From Dehalococcoidia bacterium (GTDB lineage: Bacteria; Chloroflexota; Dehalococcoidia; UBA6926): a DNA stretch of 64,000 nucleotides. The notes under the pieces were generated by a model. That model saw nothing but the letters and a program-made list of their open reading frames with translations. It did no database searches and was not told the DNA's origin. Shown in pieces: positions 55,022-64,000 of the stretch (positions are counted from its first letter, which is position 1; every line of letters begins with the position of its first letter). A program made the translations under genes and the position numbers. The DNA is taken from positions 761,894 through 825,893 of the forward strand of contig OZ242203.1 in NCBI GenBank assembly GCA_965206275.1. The letters are read 5' to 3'.

Positions 55022-57400
55022 ATGACGACGACAGACAATGGAGCGTCCCCGTCCGTCTTGGGCGGAATCCGCGTGCTTGATCTCTCAGGCCTCGCCGGGC
55101 AGTACGCCGGACGCCTGCTTGCAGACCTGGGCGCGGAGGTCATCAAGATCGAGCCGCCGGGCGGCGACCCCGTCCGCTCCATGCCGCCATTCGCAGGTGA
55201 CGAACCTGGCCTCGACCGCAGCCTCCGCTGGCTCGCCTACAACTCCAACAAGTCCAGCGTCGTCATCGACATTGAAACGGACAGCGGCTGCCAACAACTG
55301 CTCGACATGGCACGGTCCGCCGATGTCCTGCTGGACAGTTTCGAGCCCGGCTATCTTGCAGGCATCGGACTGTCTGATGAAGCCCTCAGAGAGGCCAACC
55401 CCCGCCTGATCACCGTCTCCGTCACCCCGTTCGGCGAGTCCGGCCCCTACAGCGACTACCTCGCTTCAGACCTCCATGCCATTGCCATGAGCGGCCTGAC
55501 CACGATACAGGGCGACGACGAGCAGCCCCCCGCTACCGCCCCTCTCGACCAGGCATATATCCTGGCCAACACCCACGCCGCGCACGGCGTCTTCTACGCC
55601 CTCATGGCCCGCCGCAAGACAGGCCGCGGCCAGCACGTTGAGGTGTCCATGCAGGAGGTGCTGGCCAACATCTTCTACCAGATCATCCGATACTCGGCCA
55701 CGTCGGAAATCGGTGAACGCATCGGCGCAACCGGCAATCTCGCCCCATACAACATCTATCGGTGCAAGGACGGTTGGGTAAGCCTCGCCGTCCTCCTCGC
55801 CCCGCAGGCAAAGGTCTTCTTCGACTGGATGGGCGAACCCGCACTCCAAAACGACTTTTTCTATCCCCTCATCAACCGGCAGGGCGAGAACATGCTGTTC
55901 ATCGATACTTTCGCCCGCCCCTTCATCGAGCAGTTCACGGTGGCCGAGTTCGTGGAAGAGGCGCAGAGTCGACGCCTCCCCGCCGCTCCCGTTAACCGCC
56001 CCGGCGACTTTGCCGACAACCCGCAGTTCGCGGAGCGCGGCTACTTCCAGACCGTCGAACATCCGGAGATCGGCGAGTATCCCCTCCCCGGTGCGCCCTT
56101 CCGTATGTCGGAAACCCCCATCCCACAGCCCAACCGTGCCCCTCTCCTCGATGAACACGCCGGTAAGATCGAGGAACGGCAACCTGCTCCCGCCGGCGCG
56201 TCCGACAACGGCGCAACGCCCGTCCTCCCCTTGGAGGGCGTCCGGGTCCTCGACTTCACACGCATCTGGGCAGGGCCGTACTGCACGCGCCAGCTTGCCG
56301 ACTACGGCGCGGAGGTCATCAAGATCGAGTCGTCCCTTTTCGATAGGGACAATCGCATGGGCACCATGCCCTTCGTCGCCGACCTCAACCGTAACAAGCA
56401 CGGCATCACTCTTGATCTGCACCACGATGAGGCGAAGGACGTTGCCAAGCGCATCGCCGCCGTATCTGACCTCGTCATAGACAACTTCGCGCTCGGCGTC
56501 ATCGACCGCTTCGGCCTCGGCTACGAGGACATGCGCAAGGTCAACCCGGACATCATCCAGATCAGCATGCCCGGCTGGGGCAGCGTCGGCCCCCTCAGGG
56601 ATCACGTTGCCTTCGGATTCAGCCTCGTCTCCGTCTCCGGCCTCAGCTACACGTGGGGACACCCCGAGTCGGAGCCGAACGCCCGCTGTAAGTTCGATTA
56701 CCCGGACTTTCTCATCGCCAGCCTCACCGCGCTCGCCGCCCTTGCCGCCATCTACCACAAGGCGGAGACCGGACGCGGCCAGTACATCGAGATGGCGCAG
56801 GTCGAGGCCATTGGCAACACGATGGCCATGCCCTTCATGGACTACAAGCTCAACGGTCGCCCCGGCGAGCCTGTCGGCAACCGCCACCCCCTCCACGCCC
56901 CGCACGGCGTCTACCCCGCCAAGGGCGACGATGAATGGTGCGCCATTGCCTGCAGGACGGATCAGGAATGGGAAGCGCTCGTTGAGGCCATAGGCAGCCC
57001 CGCGTGGGCGCTGATCCCGGACTACGCGACGCAGGAAGGCCGAAAGGCCAACGAGGACGCCCTGAACACAGACCTGTCCGAGTGGACGCGAACGCTAACC
57101 CCGCGCCAGGTCATGCACCTGCTCCAGCGCCACGGCGTCCCCGCCACCGCCGTCCACAATGGCGAGGGCCTCTTCTGGGATCCCCACCTGCGTGATCGCG
57201 GCTACATCCACACCATTGACCACCCGGATTGGGGAGTCCTTGAGCAGCCCGGAGTCACCGTGCGACTCTCGGAAACCCCCGGCGGCTCGCGGATGCCCTC
57301 CGCCGCCCTCGGCCAGCACAATGACTACGTCCTCCGCGACATCCTCAACCTCTCCGACGAAGAGGTCAAAGCACTGCAGGACGTGGGAGCATTGACGTAG
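55022..57400 (+). CDS. CoA-transferase family III (CaiB/BaiF) protein consisting of two tandem transferase units in one 793-aa chain.
   Basis: Two repeats of ...GIRVLDLS...GAEVIKIE...D... occur at residues about 10-400 and about 405-790 (LEGVRVLDFTRIWAGPYCTRQLADYGAEVIKIES). GAGGGGAGA lies upstream of the ATG at 55022. Confidence 0.8.
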   Translation: MTTTDNGASPSVLGGIRVLDLSGLAGQYAGRLLADLGAEVIKIEPPGGDPVRSMPPFAGDEPGLDRSLRWLAYNSNKSSVVIDIETDSGCQQLLDMARSADVLLDSFEPGYLAGIGLSDEALREANPRLITVSVTPFGESGPYSDYLASDLHAIAMSGLTTIQGDDEQPPATAPLDQAYILANTHAAHGVFYALMARRKTGRGQHVEVSMQEVLANIFYQIIRYSATSEIGERIGATGNLAPYNIYRCKDGWVSLAVLLAPQAKVFFDWMGEPALQNDFFYPLINRQGENMLFIDTFARPFIEQFTVAEFVEEAQSRRLPAAPVNRPGDFADNPQFAERGYFQTVEHPEIGEYPLPGAPFRMSETPIPQPNRAPLLDEHAGKIEERQPAPAGASDNGATPVLPLEGVRVLDFTRIWAGPYCTRQLADYGAEVIKIESSLFDRDNRMGTMPFVADLNRNKHGITLDLHHDEAKDVAKRIAAVSDLVIDNFALGVIDRFGLGYEDMRKVNPDIIQISMPGWGSVGPLRDHVAFGFSLVSVSGLSYTWGHPESEPNARCKFDYPDFLIASLTALAALAAIYHKAETGRGQYIEMAQVEAIGNTMAMPFMDYKLNGRPGEPVGNRHPLHAPHGVYPAKGDDEWCAIACRTDQEWEALVEAIGSPAWALIPDYATQEGRKANEDALNTDLSEWTRTLTPRQVMHLLQRHGVPATAVHNGEGLFWDPHLRDRGYIHTIDHPDWGVLEQPGVTVRLSETPGGSRMPSAALGQHNDYVLRDILNLSDEEVKALQDVGALT

Positions 57401-57450
57401 GGCAAGGCAGCAACCACATCACGGAATCGACAGAACAGGGAGGAACGAAC

Positions 57451-59865
57451 ATGACATCTGGGAATGCGAACGGCGCCGGCGCCCTCGATGGCGTGCGCGT
57501 GCTTGATCTCGGCGGGCTGCCGTCCATGTACGCCTCCAAGCTTCTCGCCGATTTCGGCGCGGACGTCATCCTCATTGAGGGCCCGAACGGCGACCCAAGC
57601 CGCCACATGCCGCCCTACGCCGCCGGAGAGCCTGGCCCGGAGCGCAGTCTCGTCTTTCACTCCTTCCACGCCAACAAGCGCAGCGCCGTCGCCGACATCA
57701 CGACGGACGAGGGCCGCGCCGCTATTCGCCGCCTCGCCCGATCCGTCGATGTTGTCCTGGAAACCAACACCCCCGGTTACATGGCCGAAATCGGCCTCGA
57801 TTTCGAGAGCCTGCGCGCCGACAACCCCGGCTTGATTCTGTGTTCCGTCACTCCCTACGGCCAGACCGGCCCATATGCCTCCTACAAGGGCACTGACCTC
57901 CACGCCGAGGCCATGGGCGGCCTCATGCTCTTGCAGGGCGACCCCGACCGCCAGCCGGTCATGTCACCCTCTTTCCTCGGCTATTCCGTCGGCGGCACCC
58001 ATGCGGCCATCGGCATCATGAACGCCCTTTTCGCGCGGGAGCATTCCGGCCGCGGCCAGCGTGTGGACGTCTCAATGACGGAGGCGATAGCGAACATCCT
58101 GTTCATCGTGGCGCAATTCGGCTACAACAGCACCGTTGCTGACCGCCCCGGCACCGGCGGCGGCGGCGGGACCGGTGTCTTTGAGTGCTCCGACGGCTGG
58201 ATTGGCTTCTCTCCTATTCAACCCAACCAGTTCATGACGTTCGCGAAATGGACGGGCAATGAAATCATCTCCGACGAGATGTTTCGTGAACTCACCGTCC
58301 GACAGGAGAACAAGGACTTCATCAACGAGATAGCAGTGGAGTTCTTCCTTACCAAGACCGTCGCGGAGGCCGTGGAAGAGGCGCAGGCACAACGTATCCC
58401 CGCCGCGCCCGTCAGCTCTCCGGCCGACCTCGCCCAGAACCCTCACCTGCTCTTCCGCGACTACTTCCAGGACGTCACGCATCCGGTTCTCGGCGACTAC
58501 AAGCTCCCCGGTCCTGCGGGCCGACTTAGCGAAACACCGTGGTCCTTGCGCCGCCCAGCGCCAACGCTCGGACAGCACACGGACGAGGTGCTTGCAGAGG
58601 CCGACAACGCCGCGCCGTCGACACCGGCAGCTCCAGTCATGGCCAACCCCGGCAACGGACGCATGCCGATGGAGGGCGTCCGCATCACGGACCTGACCCG
58701 CATCTGGGTCGGCCCATACGGCACTCGCCAGCTGGCGGACTTTGGCGCGGACGTGATCAAGATCGAGTCCTCGCTATTCGACCCCGCGTCGCGCATCACC
58801 GGCATCCTGCCCATGCACCCGGAGCTCAACCGCAACAAGATGAGCATCACCGTCGACCTCCACTTCGAGGAGGGGCAGGACATCGTCCGCAAGCTGGCGG
58901 CGACAAGCGATGCCGTCGTTGAGAACTACGCCGCAGGCGCGCTCTCCCGCTGGGGTCTGGACTACGAGGGCATCCGCGCCGTCAAGCCCGACATCGTCTA
59001 CATGAGCATGCCCGGCTGGGGCAGCACAGGCCCGTTCGCGTCCCATGTGCTCTTTGGCTTGCAGGCGCAGACGGCCTCCGGCGTCACGTATCTCTGGGGG
59101 CATCCGGAATCGCCCCCGTCCATGCGCTGTGGCGTCTACTACGCCGACTTCTTCGTCGGTGGCCTCTCTGGCTACATGCTGCAGACCGCTCTCTATCACA
59201 AGCTCAAGACCGGCCAGGGTCAGCGCATCGAGGTTTCTCAGGTGGAGGCGCAGGCGAATGCGCTCGGCGTGCCCCTGCTGGACTACGTGATCAACGGTTT
59301 CAACCAGGAGCCGACGGGCAACCGCCGCGAATACGCCGCCCCGCACGACGCCTATCCGTGTCTCGGAGATGATCGCTGGTGCGTCATTGCCTGCCACACG
59401 GAGGAGGAATGGCAGGGCCTCGTGCGCGGCATGACCCCGTTCAACGAGGAAGACCCACCTGAGTGGACGCAGGACCCGCGTTTCGCAACGCTTGAGGCGC
59501 GCCTCGCAAACCGTGAGGCCCTCGATGAGTTCGTTTCAGAGTGGACGAGGAGCCTGACCCCCCGGCAGGTCATGGCGACGCTGCAGAAGCACGGCGTTCC
59601 CGCCGCCGCCGCGCAAACCACGGAGGACGTGTACTATGACCCCGCCATGAACGCGCGCGGCTACGTCGTCAACGTGCCGCACGTGGAACCACAGTGGGGC
59701 AACATCGGACACGCCTCATACGGCGCGAAGCTCGAGGACACCCCCGGCGCAATCCGCATGGGCGCCCCCGCCCTCGGCCAGCACAACGACTACGTCATGC
59801 GCGAACTGCTCGGCCTCTCCGAAGCTGACATCCGCGAACTCATCGAAGCAGGAGTCCTCGTCTAA
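57451..59865 (+). CDS. Second tandem-unit CoA-transferase family III protein (804 aa), paralogous to 55022-57400.
   Basis: It has the same double-unit architecture (GVRVLDLGGLPS...GADVILIEGP, then MEGVRITDLTRIWVGPYGTRQLADFGADVIKIES). GGAGGAA lies upstream of the ATG. Confidence 0.8.
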   Translation: MTSGNANGAGALDGVRVLDLGGLPSMYASKLLADFGADVILIEGPNGDPSRHMPPYAAGEPGPERSLVFHSFHANKRSAVADITTDEGRAAIRRLARSVDVVLETNTPGYMAEIGLDFESLRADNPGLILCSVTPYGQTGPYASYKGTDLHAEAMGGLMLLQGDPDRQPVMSPSFLGYSVGGTHAAIGIMNALFAREHSGRGQRVDVSMTEAIANILFIVAQFGYNSTVADRPGTGGGGGTGVFECSDGWIGFSPIQPNQFMTFAKWTGNEIISDEMFRELTVRQENKDFINEIAVEFFLTKTVAEAVEEAQAQRIPAAPVSSPADLAQNPHLLFRDYFQDVTHPVLGDYKLPGPAGRLSETPWSLRRPAPTLGQHTDEVLAEADNAAPSTPAAPVMANPGNGRMPMEGVRITDLTRIWVGPYGTRQLADFGADVIKIESSLFDPASRITGILPMHPELNRNKMSITVDLHFEEGQDIVRKLAATSDAVVENYAAGALSRWGLDYEGIRAVKPDIVYMSMPGWGSTGPFASHVLFGLQAQTASGVTYLWGHPESPPSMRCGVYYADFFVGGLSGYMLQTALYHKLKTGQGQRIEVSQVEAQANALGVPLLDYVINGFNQEPTGNRREYAAPHDAYPCLGDDRWCVIACHTEEEWQGLVRGMTPFNEEDPPEWTQDPRFATLEARLANREALDEFVSEWTRSLTPRQVMATLQKHGVPAAAAQTTEDVYYDPAMNARGYVVNVPHVEPQWGNIGHASYGAKLEDTPGAIRMGAPALGQHNDYVMRELLGLSEADIRELIEAGVLV

Positions 59866-59871
59866 ACACCC

Positions 59872-61734
59872 CTACATGAACTCCTCTAGGCGCTGGATAT
59901 TCCGCGGGTTATCAACCTCGTTGCCCTTCTGTATCCCCGCGTAGTACGCAAACAACTGCACCGGCAGCGCCGTCACCAGCGGCAGCAGCGCCTGCGGCGT
60001 GTCTGCCGGAATGAAGATGGGGTGGTCCACGATCGGCGCGAGTTCCTCGTCGCCCTCCGTGAGAATAGCCGCCACCACGCCCCCGTTGTCCTTCACCAGC
60101 CTGACCGCAAGCGCCATGCGCCCGTACTCGGGGCCCTGAGGTGCGATGGCAAATGCAGGTGTCTCGTCTCCGTTGACGAGGGCGATAGGCCCGTGAATAA
60201 TCTCCGACCCCGGATAGACCTGTGCGTGGATGTACCCAAGTTGTATGAGTTTCCACGCCCCCTCCGCCGCTATCGGGTACAGGCGTCCGTGTGCCAGGAA
60301 AAGCGCGTCACGACGCGTTGAATAGCGCGTGGCCAGCGCCGACGGCAGGGACGGGTCCTCAAGGATGCGATTCGCGTATCCCGATAGCTTGCTGAGTTCG
60401 TTCAACCGGCCGGGCACGGACTCCGCGCTGTCATTTCCTCGAACCTCGGCGAGGTGCATCGCTATCAGGTAGAACGTGAGCACTGACGATGTGAACGTTT
60501 TTGTGGACGCCATCCCCACCTCGCGTCCACAGCGCAGCGGCACCACCGCGTCTGCCAACATCGCCCCCGTCGATTCCTGGTCATTCGTCACCATAATCGT
60601 CGGGCAGCCCAGTTCGCTGGCCCGCGTCATGGCTCCCAGCGTATCCAGCGTTTCTCCGGATGCCGTCACCCCGATGAAAAGCGTGTTGGGGCCAAGCTCA
60701 AAGTCACCAAAGACAATCTCTGAGCCAACGTCGACCTGGCACGGCAAGTCCGTCATTTCTTCGATATACAGCCGGCCGGCGTCCGCAGCGTGGAGAGACG
60801 AGCTTGACCCTGTGAGCACCACCCGCTCAACGCCTACTAGCGCGTCGCGGATTGAGTCGAGTTCCTCCATCCGGAGAGAGACCGTGTCGAAATCCACGCG
60901 GCCGCGTAGCGTATCCGTCCACGCCTCCGGTTGCTCGGTAATCTCCTTGATCATGAACGTCATGTGGCCGCCGCGCGCCGCCGCCATCGGGTCGTCCGAC
61001 GGCGAAATGGAGCGCTTGGTGATGGGAACCCCGGCCATCAGCGTCTTGAAGTCCACGCCCTGCGGCGTCACGATCGCCATCTCTCCGGCGGCAAGGAACG
61101 CGATCCTGTCCGATACGCTTGTCAGCGGCCCCGCCTCGCTCGCCACGAAGGCCTCATTGTGCCCCCATCCCACAACAAGCGGGCTTGCGTAGCCGCTGCG
61201 CGCGGCCACGATGGTCTGCGGCTCCTCCGCCCGCGCCGCAACAACGGCCAGCGTTCCCTGCGTCCGCGCCATAGCCGCCCGGACGGCAACCTCAAGGCTC
61301 GCGTCCGCGCCCGCCATGAGTAATTCCTCTTCAATCAGGTGAGGAATAACCTCCGCGTCAGTGGTCGAGAGAAAGCGATGGCCGCGCCCACGCAGTTCCA
61401 GTTTGAGTTCAACGTGATTCTCCACGATGCCGTTCGTAACGACGGCAAGCAGGCCATGACAATCGAGGTGCGGCTGCGCGTTCTCGGTGGTCACCGCCCC
61501 GTGTGTCCGCCACCGCGTGTGTCCCAGACCCATAGGCCCAAGCGGCGGCTCTTCGGACAGCGCGCCCTCCAGCACGTCGAATCGTCCGACGGTCTTGACG
61601 GAATTGAAATAGCCGTCCGGGTCGCGCACGGCAACACCGGCGCTGTCGTAGCGCTGGTCTCTCACCTCTGAAAGGGCCTGCAAGAGGACCGGCACGGCCT
61701 CTCGAACACCGACGTAGCCAACGATGGCGCCCAT
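59872..61734 (-). CDS. Glutamine--fructose-6-phosphate aminotransferase homolog (GlmS-like, 620 aa) whose N-terminal Cys nucleophile is replaced. The N-terminus reads MGAIVGY instead of MCGIVG.
   Basis: It aligns along its full length with GlmS: the glutaminase domain (GHTRW.THG, HPH, NGIVENH) and two SIS domains. The start is unambiguous, with GAGGGA 6 nt upstream and an in-frame TGA 4 codons upstream, and no Cys codon is present at the N-terminus. Confidence 0.8.
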   Translation of the reverse strand: MGAIVGYVGVREAVPVLLQALSEVRDQRYDSAGVAVRDPDGYFNSVKTVGRFDVLEGALSEEPPLGPMGLGHTRWRTHGAVTTENAQPHLDCHGLLAVVTNGIVENHVELKLELRGRGHRFLSTTDAEVIPHLIEEELLMAGADASLEVAVRAAMARTQGTLAVVAARAEEPQTIVAARSGYASPLVVGWGHNEAFVASEAGPLTSVSDRIAFLAAGEMAIVTPQGVDFKTLMAGVPITKRSISPSDDPMAAARGGHMTFMIKEITEQPEAWTDTLRGRVDFDTVSLRMEELDSIRDALVGVERVVLTGSSSSLHAADAGRLYIEEMTDLPCQVDVGSEIVFGDFELGPNTLFIGVTASGETLDTLGAMTRASELGCPTIMVTNDQESTGAMLADAVVPLRCGREVGMASTKTFTSSVLTFYLIAMHLAEVRGNDSAESVPGRLNELSKLSGYANRILEDPSLPSALATRYSTRRDALFLAHGRLYPIAAEGAWKLIQLGYIHAQVYPGSEIIHGPIALVNGDETPAFAIAPQGPEYGRMALAVRLVKDNGGVVAAILTEGDEELAPIVDHPIFIPADTPQALLPLVTALPVQLFAYYAGIQKGNEVDNPRNIQRLEEFM

Positions 61735-61743
61735 AGACGTCCC

Positions 61744-62436
61744 TCACCGCTCCGCGCGTTCTTCAGCGTGTTGTGTGTCTCGCGCAGTGCTCTCATAGTA
61801 GCCGCGCATGTGCTCAGGCAACAGGCCCGCAATGGCATGCATAATCTCGTTCGTTGCGCGTTCAAACCGGTCGTCAACTTTGGATTCCGCTAGCTCAGAG
61901 AAATCCAACAACTTGCCGATGCGCGCCGTGAAGCGTGGCCTGCGAACAACAAACGTGGGGTTGTGCCCTAGTCCGGCAAGGCCCTCAATGCCAACCGGTA
62001 GCACCGGCGCGCCCGTCGTCAGCGCAAGGAAGCCCGTCCCAGGCCGGGCCTGCCCCACCCGCCCGTCCCGGCTCCGCGTCCCCTCCGGGAACATCCCGAT
62101 TGCGCCACCGCCGCGCAGGTGCTCCCGCGCGATTCTCAGCGCTTCACGATCAAGCCTGTCCCGCGTTATCGGAATCAACCCCCACGTCCGCACCAGCCAC
62201 CGCGTTAGTGCATTCCCCTCAGTCACAAGTTCCCGCTTGGCAAGAAACCGCACTTGCCACGGCATGATCACGCCGATCAGCGCCGGATCCATGTTGTGTG
62301 TGTGATTCACAGCCACAATTACAGGCCCCGTTGACGGCGCATTCTCGCGTCCATGTACCGTCAGTCGCGACCCTAGTCGAAACGCCCCTGCCGCGCTGGA
62401 GTGCAGCGCCTTTGACATCAGTGACTGTTTTTCCAT
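61744..62436 (-). CDS. plsC: 1-acyl-sn-glycerol-3-phosphate acyltransferase family protein.
   Basis: HxxxxD-type motif (VNHTHNMD) and FPEGTRS block. The start is the ATG at 62436 or the GTG at 62439. Confidence 0.8.
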   Translation of the reverse strand: MEKQSLMSKALHSSAAGAFRLGSRLTVHGRENAPSTGPVIVAVNHTHNMDPALIGVIMPWQVRFLAKRELVTEGNALTRWLVRTWGLIPITRDRLDREALRIAREHLRGGGAIGMFPEGTRSRDGRVGQARPGTGFLALTTGAPVLPVGIEGLAGLGHNPTFVVRRPRFTARIGKLLDFSELAESKVDDRFERATNEIMHAIAGLLPEHMRGYYESTARDTQHAEERAER

Positions 62437-62509
62437 CACGCCACTATAGTAGACGCTGTGCGTCTGTCCCTTTCCCTTTGACGGGGAAGGCTAGGTGGGG
62501 GTGAACGAA

Positions 62510-63745
62510 ATGACGTCTGCAAACGATAGCGCCGTGCTGAACGGCATCGACCGTGATGAGGTCGTGCAGCTCATGAAAGACCTGCAGAGCTATCGCAGCT
62601 TCTCCGGCAACGAGACGGAGGTCATGCGATTCCTTGCAGGCTGGTTTGATGAGCGTGGCCTCTCAACCGAACTCATTGACGTATCCGATGAGCCCGGCCG
62701 CCCTGATCTGGTCGTCCGCATCCCCGGCAGCGCTAGCGGCTCGTCGCTCATGCTCAACGGCCACTTGGACATCGACCCTGTTCCGCTCAACTATCCCGGC
62801 GATCCGTGGGACTGCCACGAAGACGGCGACATTCTCACTGGCCACGGCCTCGGCAACATGAAAGCTGGCGTGGCATCAGCCGCCGCCGCAACTGTCGCCG
62901 TCCACCGCTCCGGCGCTCAACTCCGTGGCGACCTGCTCTTCACCGGCGTCGTTGGTGAGTTGCAGGGCGGAGTCGGTGCCTCCGACCTCGTCCAGCGAGG
63001 CATCGGCTGCGACTACACAATCATCTGCGAGCCGTCGTTCCTCGATGTCCGCACCATGCACTCCGGCGCGTGCCAGTTCGTCATCACGGTCACCGGCTCG
63101 TCCGCGTGGATCGGGATGCTCCACCGCGCCGAATACGTCAATGCCGTCCGCGTCATGTCGGATGTCGTCAGCGCACTGGATGATGTCGAGTTCTCAGCGC
63201 AGCCGCACCACGCCACGCCCGGTCTGCCCCGCATGGTCGTCGGCGCGATCAACGGCGGCGTCGGAACTGATTTCCTGAAGTGGCGCGCCTCCTACGTAGC
63301 CGACTACTGCGCCATCATCATTGAAGTGCGCGGCGTGCCGGGACAGGACTGGGAGCAGACGCAGGCCGACATCGACAACGTGCTTGAGGGTGTTCGCGCC
63401 GCCAACCCGGACGCCACCATTGAAATCTCGCCGCCACCCGCCACGTACACGGACGATTGGCGCAGCATGAAAGTCCCCGGGCACGGCATCGATACACCAA
63501 TCGACCACATGCTGCCCCAAACAGTCGCGCGCCGACATACGGAGGTCACCGGAAGCGCGCCGGAGCGCGTCGGCCCTCAGGACCCCGGCTCCTATGCGTG
63601 GACGGACGCGGGATGGTTCGAACGAGGCGGCACAGTTCCCATTGTCTACGGCCCAACCTCCAACACGGAACGCATTACGCGCATCGAGAACGTGCTCACG
63701 GTCGCCCGCGTCCTCGCGCTCTCCGCGCTGGACATCTGCGGGTGA
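62510..63745 (+). CDS. M20-family metallopeptidase (ArgE/DapE/acetylornithine deacetylase-like).
   Basis: M20 fold blocks (...LNGHLDIDPV..., ...GHGLGNMKAG...). A GGTGGGGGTGA tract lies 7 nt upstream of the ATG at 62510; a GTG at 62495 is an alternative start. Confidence 0.8.
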   Translation: MTSANDSAVLNGIDRDEVVQLMKDLQSYRSFSGNETEVMRFLAGWFDERGLSTELIDVSDEPGRPDLVVRIPGSASGSSLMLNGHLDIDPVPLNYPGDPWDCHEDGDILTGHGLGNMKAGVASAAAATVAVHRSGAQLRGDLLFTGVVGELQGGVGASDLVQRGIGCDYTIICEPSFLDVRTMHSGACQFVITVTGSSAWIGMLHRAEYVNAVRVMSDVVSALDDVEFSAQPHHATPGLPRMVVGAINGGVGTDFLKWRASYVADYCAIIIEVRGVPGQDWEQTQADIDNVLEGVRAANPDATIEISPPPATYTDDWRSMKVPGHGIDTPIDHMLPQTVARRHTEVTGSAPERVGPQDPGSYAWTDAGWFERGGTVPIVYGPTSNTERITRIENVLTVARVLALSALDICG

Positions 63746-63794
63746 CCTGTCCCCGTGTTTGACACGCGCCCGCTAGAATAGTTAACGAATTCAC

Positions 63795-64000
63795 ATGCCG
63801 GACAACATTCTGATAGCGGTCGCGTGGCCGTATGCAAACGGAGATCTCCATCTCGGGCACATCGCCGGTGCGTATCTGCCCGCGGACATCTTTGCCCGTT
63901 TCCACCGCATGAGGGGCAATAACGTCCTCATGGTCTCCGGCTCAGACGCGCACGGCACCCCCATCACCCTCCGCGCCGAGGCGGAAGGTCGTACGCCGCT
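63795..64000 (+). CDS. metG: Methionine--tRNA ligase, 5' fragment (it continues beyond the window).
   Basis: The N-terminus carries the HIGH motif ([25 protein letters not shown]). Confidence 0.85.
   Translation, partial: MPDNILIAVAWPYANGDLHLGHIAGAYLPADIFARFHRMRGNNVLMVSGSDAHGTPITLRAEAEGRTP

Noticed and set aside
55466-56905. A 479-aa minus-strand ORF.
   Set aside because: It is antisense to the first CoA-transferase gene.
1-64000. A search for CRISPR arrays, integrases, transposases or phage structural genes.
   Set aside because: No array of regularly spaced direct repeats and no such coding signatures were seen. The only repeats are the short REP-like hairpins listed above.

Overview
This is a high-GC (roughly 65% by eye) bacterial chromosomal window that is densely coding on both strands, with no integrase, transposase or CRISPR array. 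The gene content fits a thermophilic Terrabacteria-type genome, for example a Chloroflexota/Thermomicrobia-like or Rubrobacter-like organism. It has a Firmicutes-style recA-rny-ymdB block and separate genes for inositol-1-phosphate cytidylyltransferase (IPCT) and di-myo-inositol-phosphate-phosphate synthase (DIPPS) of the di-myo-inositol phosphate pathway.

Core genes found:
- A nitrogen assimilation cluster: two glutamine synthetases followed by a glutamate synthase large subunit.
- An Fe(3+)-type ABC importer.
- Two tandem FmdB zinc-ribbon genes.
- An inositol monophosphatase and a von Willebrand factor A (VWA) domain protein with a very long low-complexity linker.
- An orphan 5S rRNA gene with the tRNA m1A58 methyltransferase gene trmI only 25 nt downstream.
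- tRNA-Gly(CCC) followed by ffh, then recA, rny and ymdB.
- An ammonium transporter (Amt).
- A copper P-type ATPase with a YHS-domain partner, next to tRNA-Gln(CTG).
- Two acyl-CoA dehydrogenase paralogs flanking a methyltransferase with a His-rich N-terminus.
- A pantothenate block: a DUF2520 reductase, panD and panB.
- Two tandem ~800-aa CoA-transferases, each a fusion of two family-III domains.
- A GlmS homolog whose N-terminal catalytic Cys is absent.
- plsC, an M20 peptidase and the 5' end of metG.

Accessory and unusual content:
1. A lower-GC islet at about 22.6-25.8 kb. On the minus strand it carries an acidic hypothetical protein, an endonuclease/exonuclease/phosphatase (EEP)-family protein, a 352-aa protein with a PD-(D/E)xK nuclease motif and a 104-aa protein. 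A Phd/VapC toxin-antitoxin pair with a perfect 32-bp palindromic operator sits beside it. I could not place the EEP plus PD-(D/E)xK-like protein pair in any gene arrangement I know.
2. A roughly 1.8-kb low-GC insertion at about 35.45-37.45 kb, bounded by clustered REP-like hairpin repeats. It encodes an uncharacterised 255-aa cytoplasmic protein and a 247-aa polytopic membrane protein.
3. A single low-GC T5orf172 (GIY-YIG-like) gene beside tRNA-Gln.

A family of short hairpin repeats recurs at five intergenic sites. Their core motifs are TGAGCYTGTCGAA, GTCATTCYGAGCGCAG(C/Y)GARGAATCTA and a GAAA-tetraloop hairpin.
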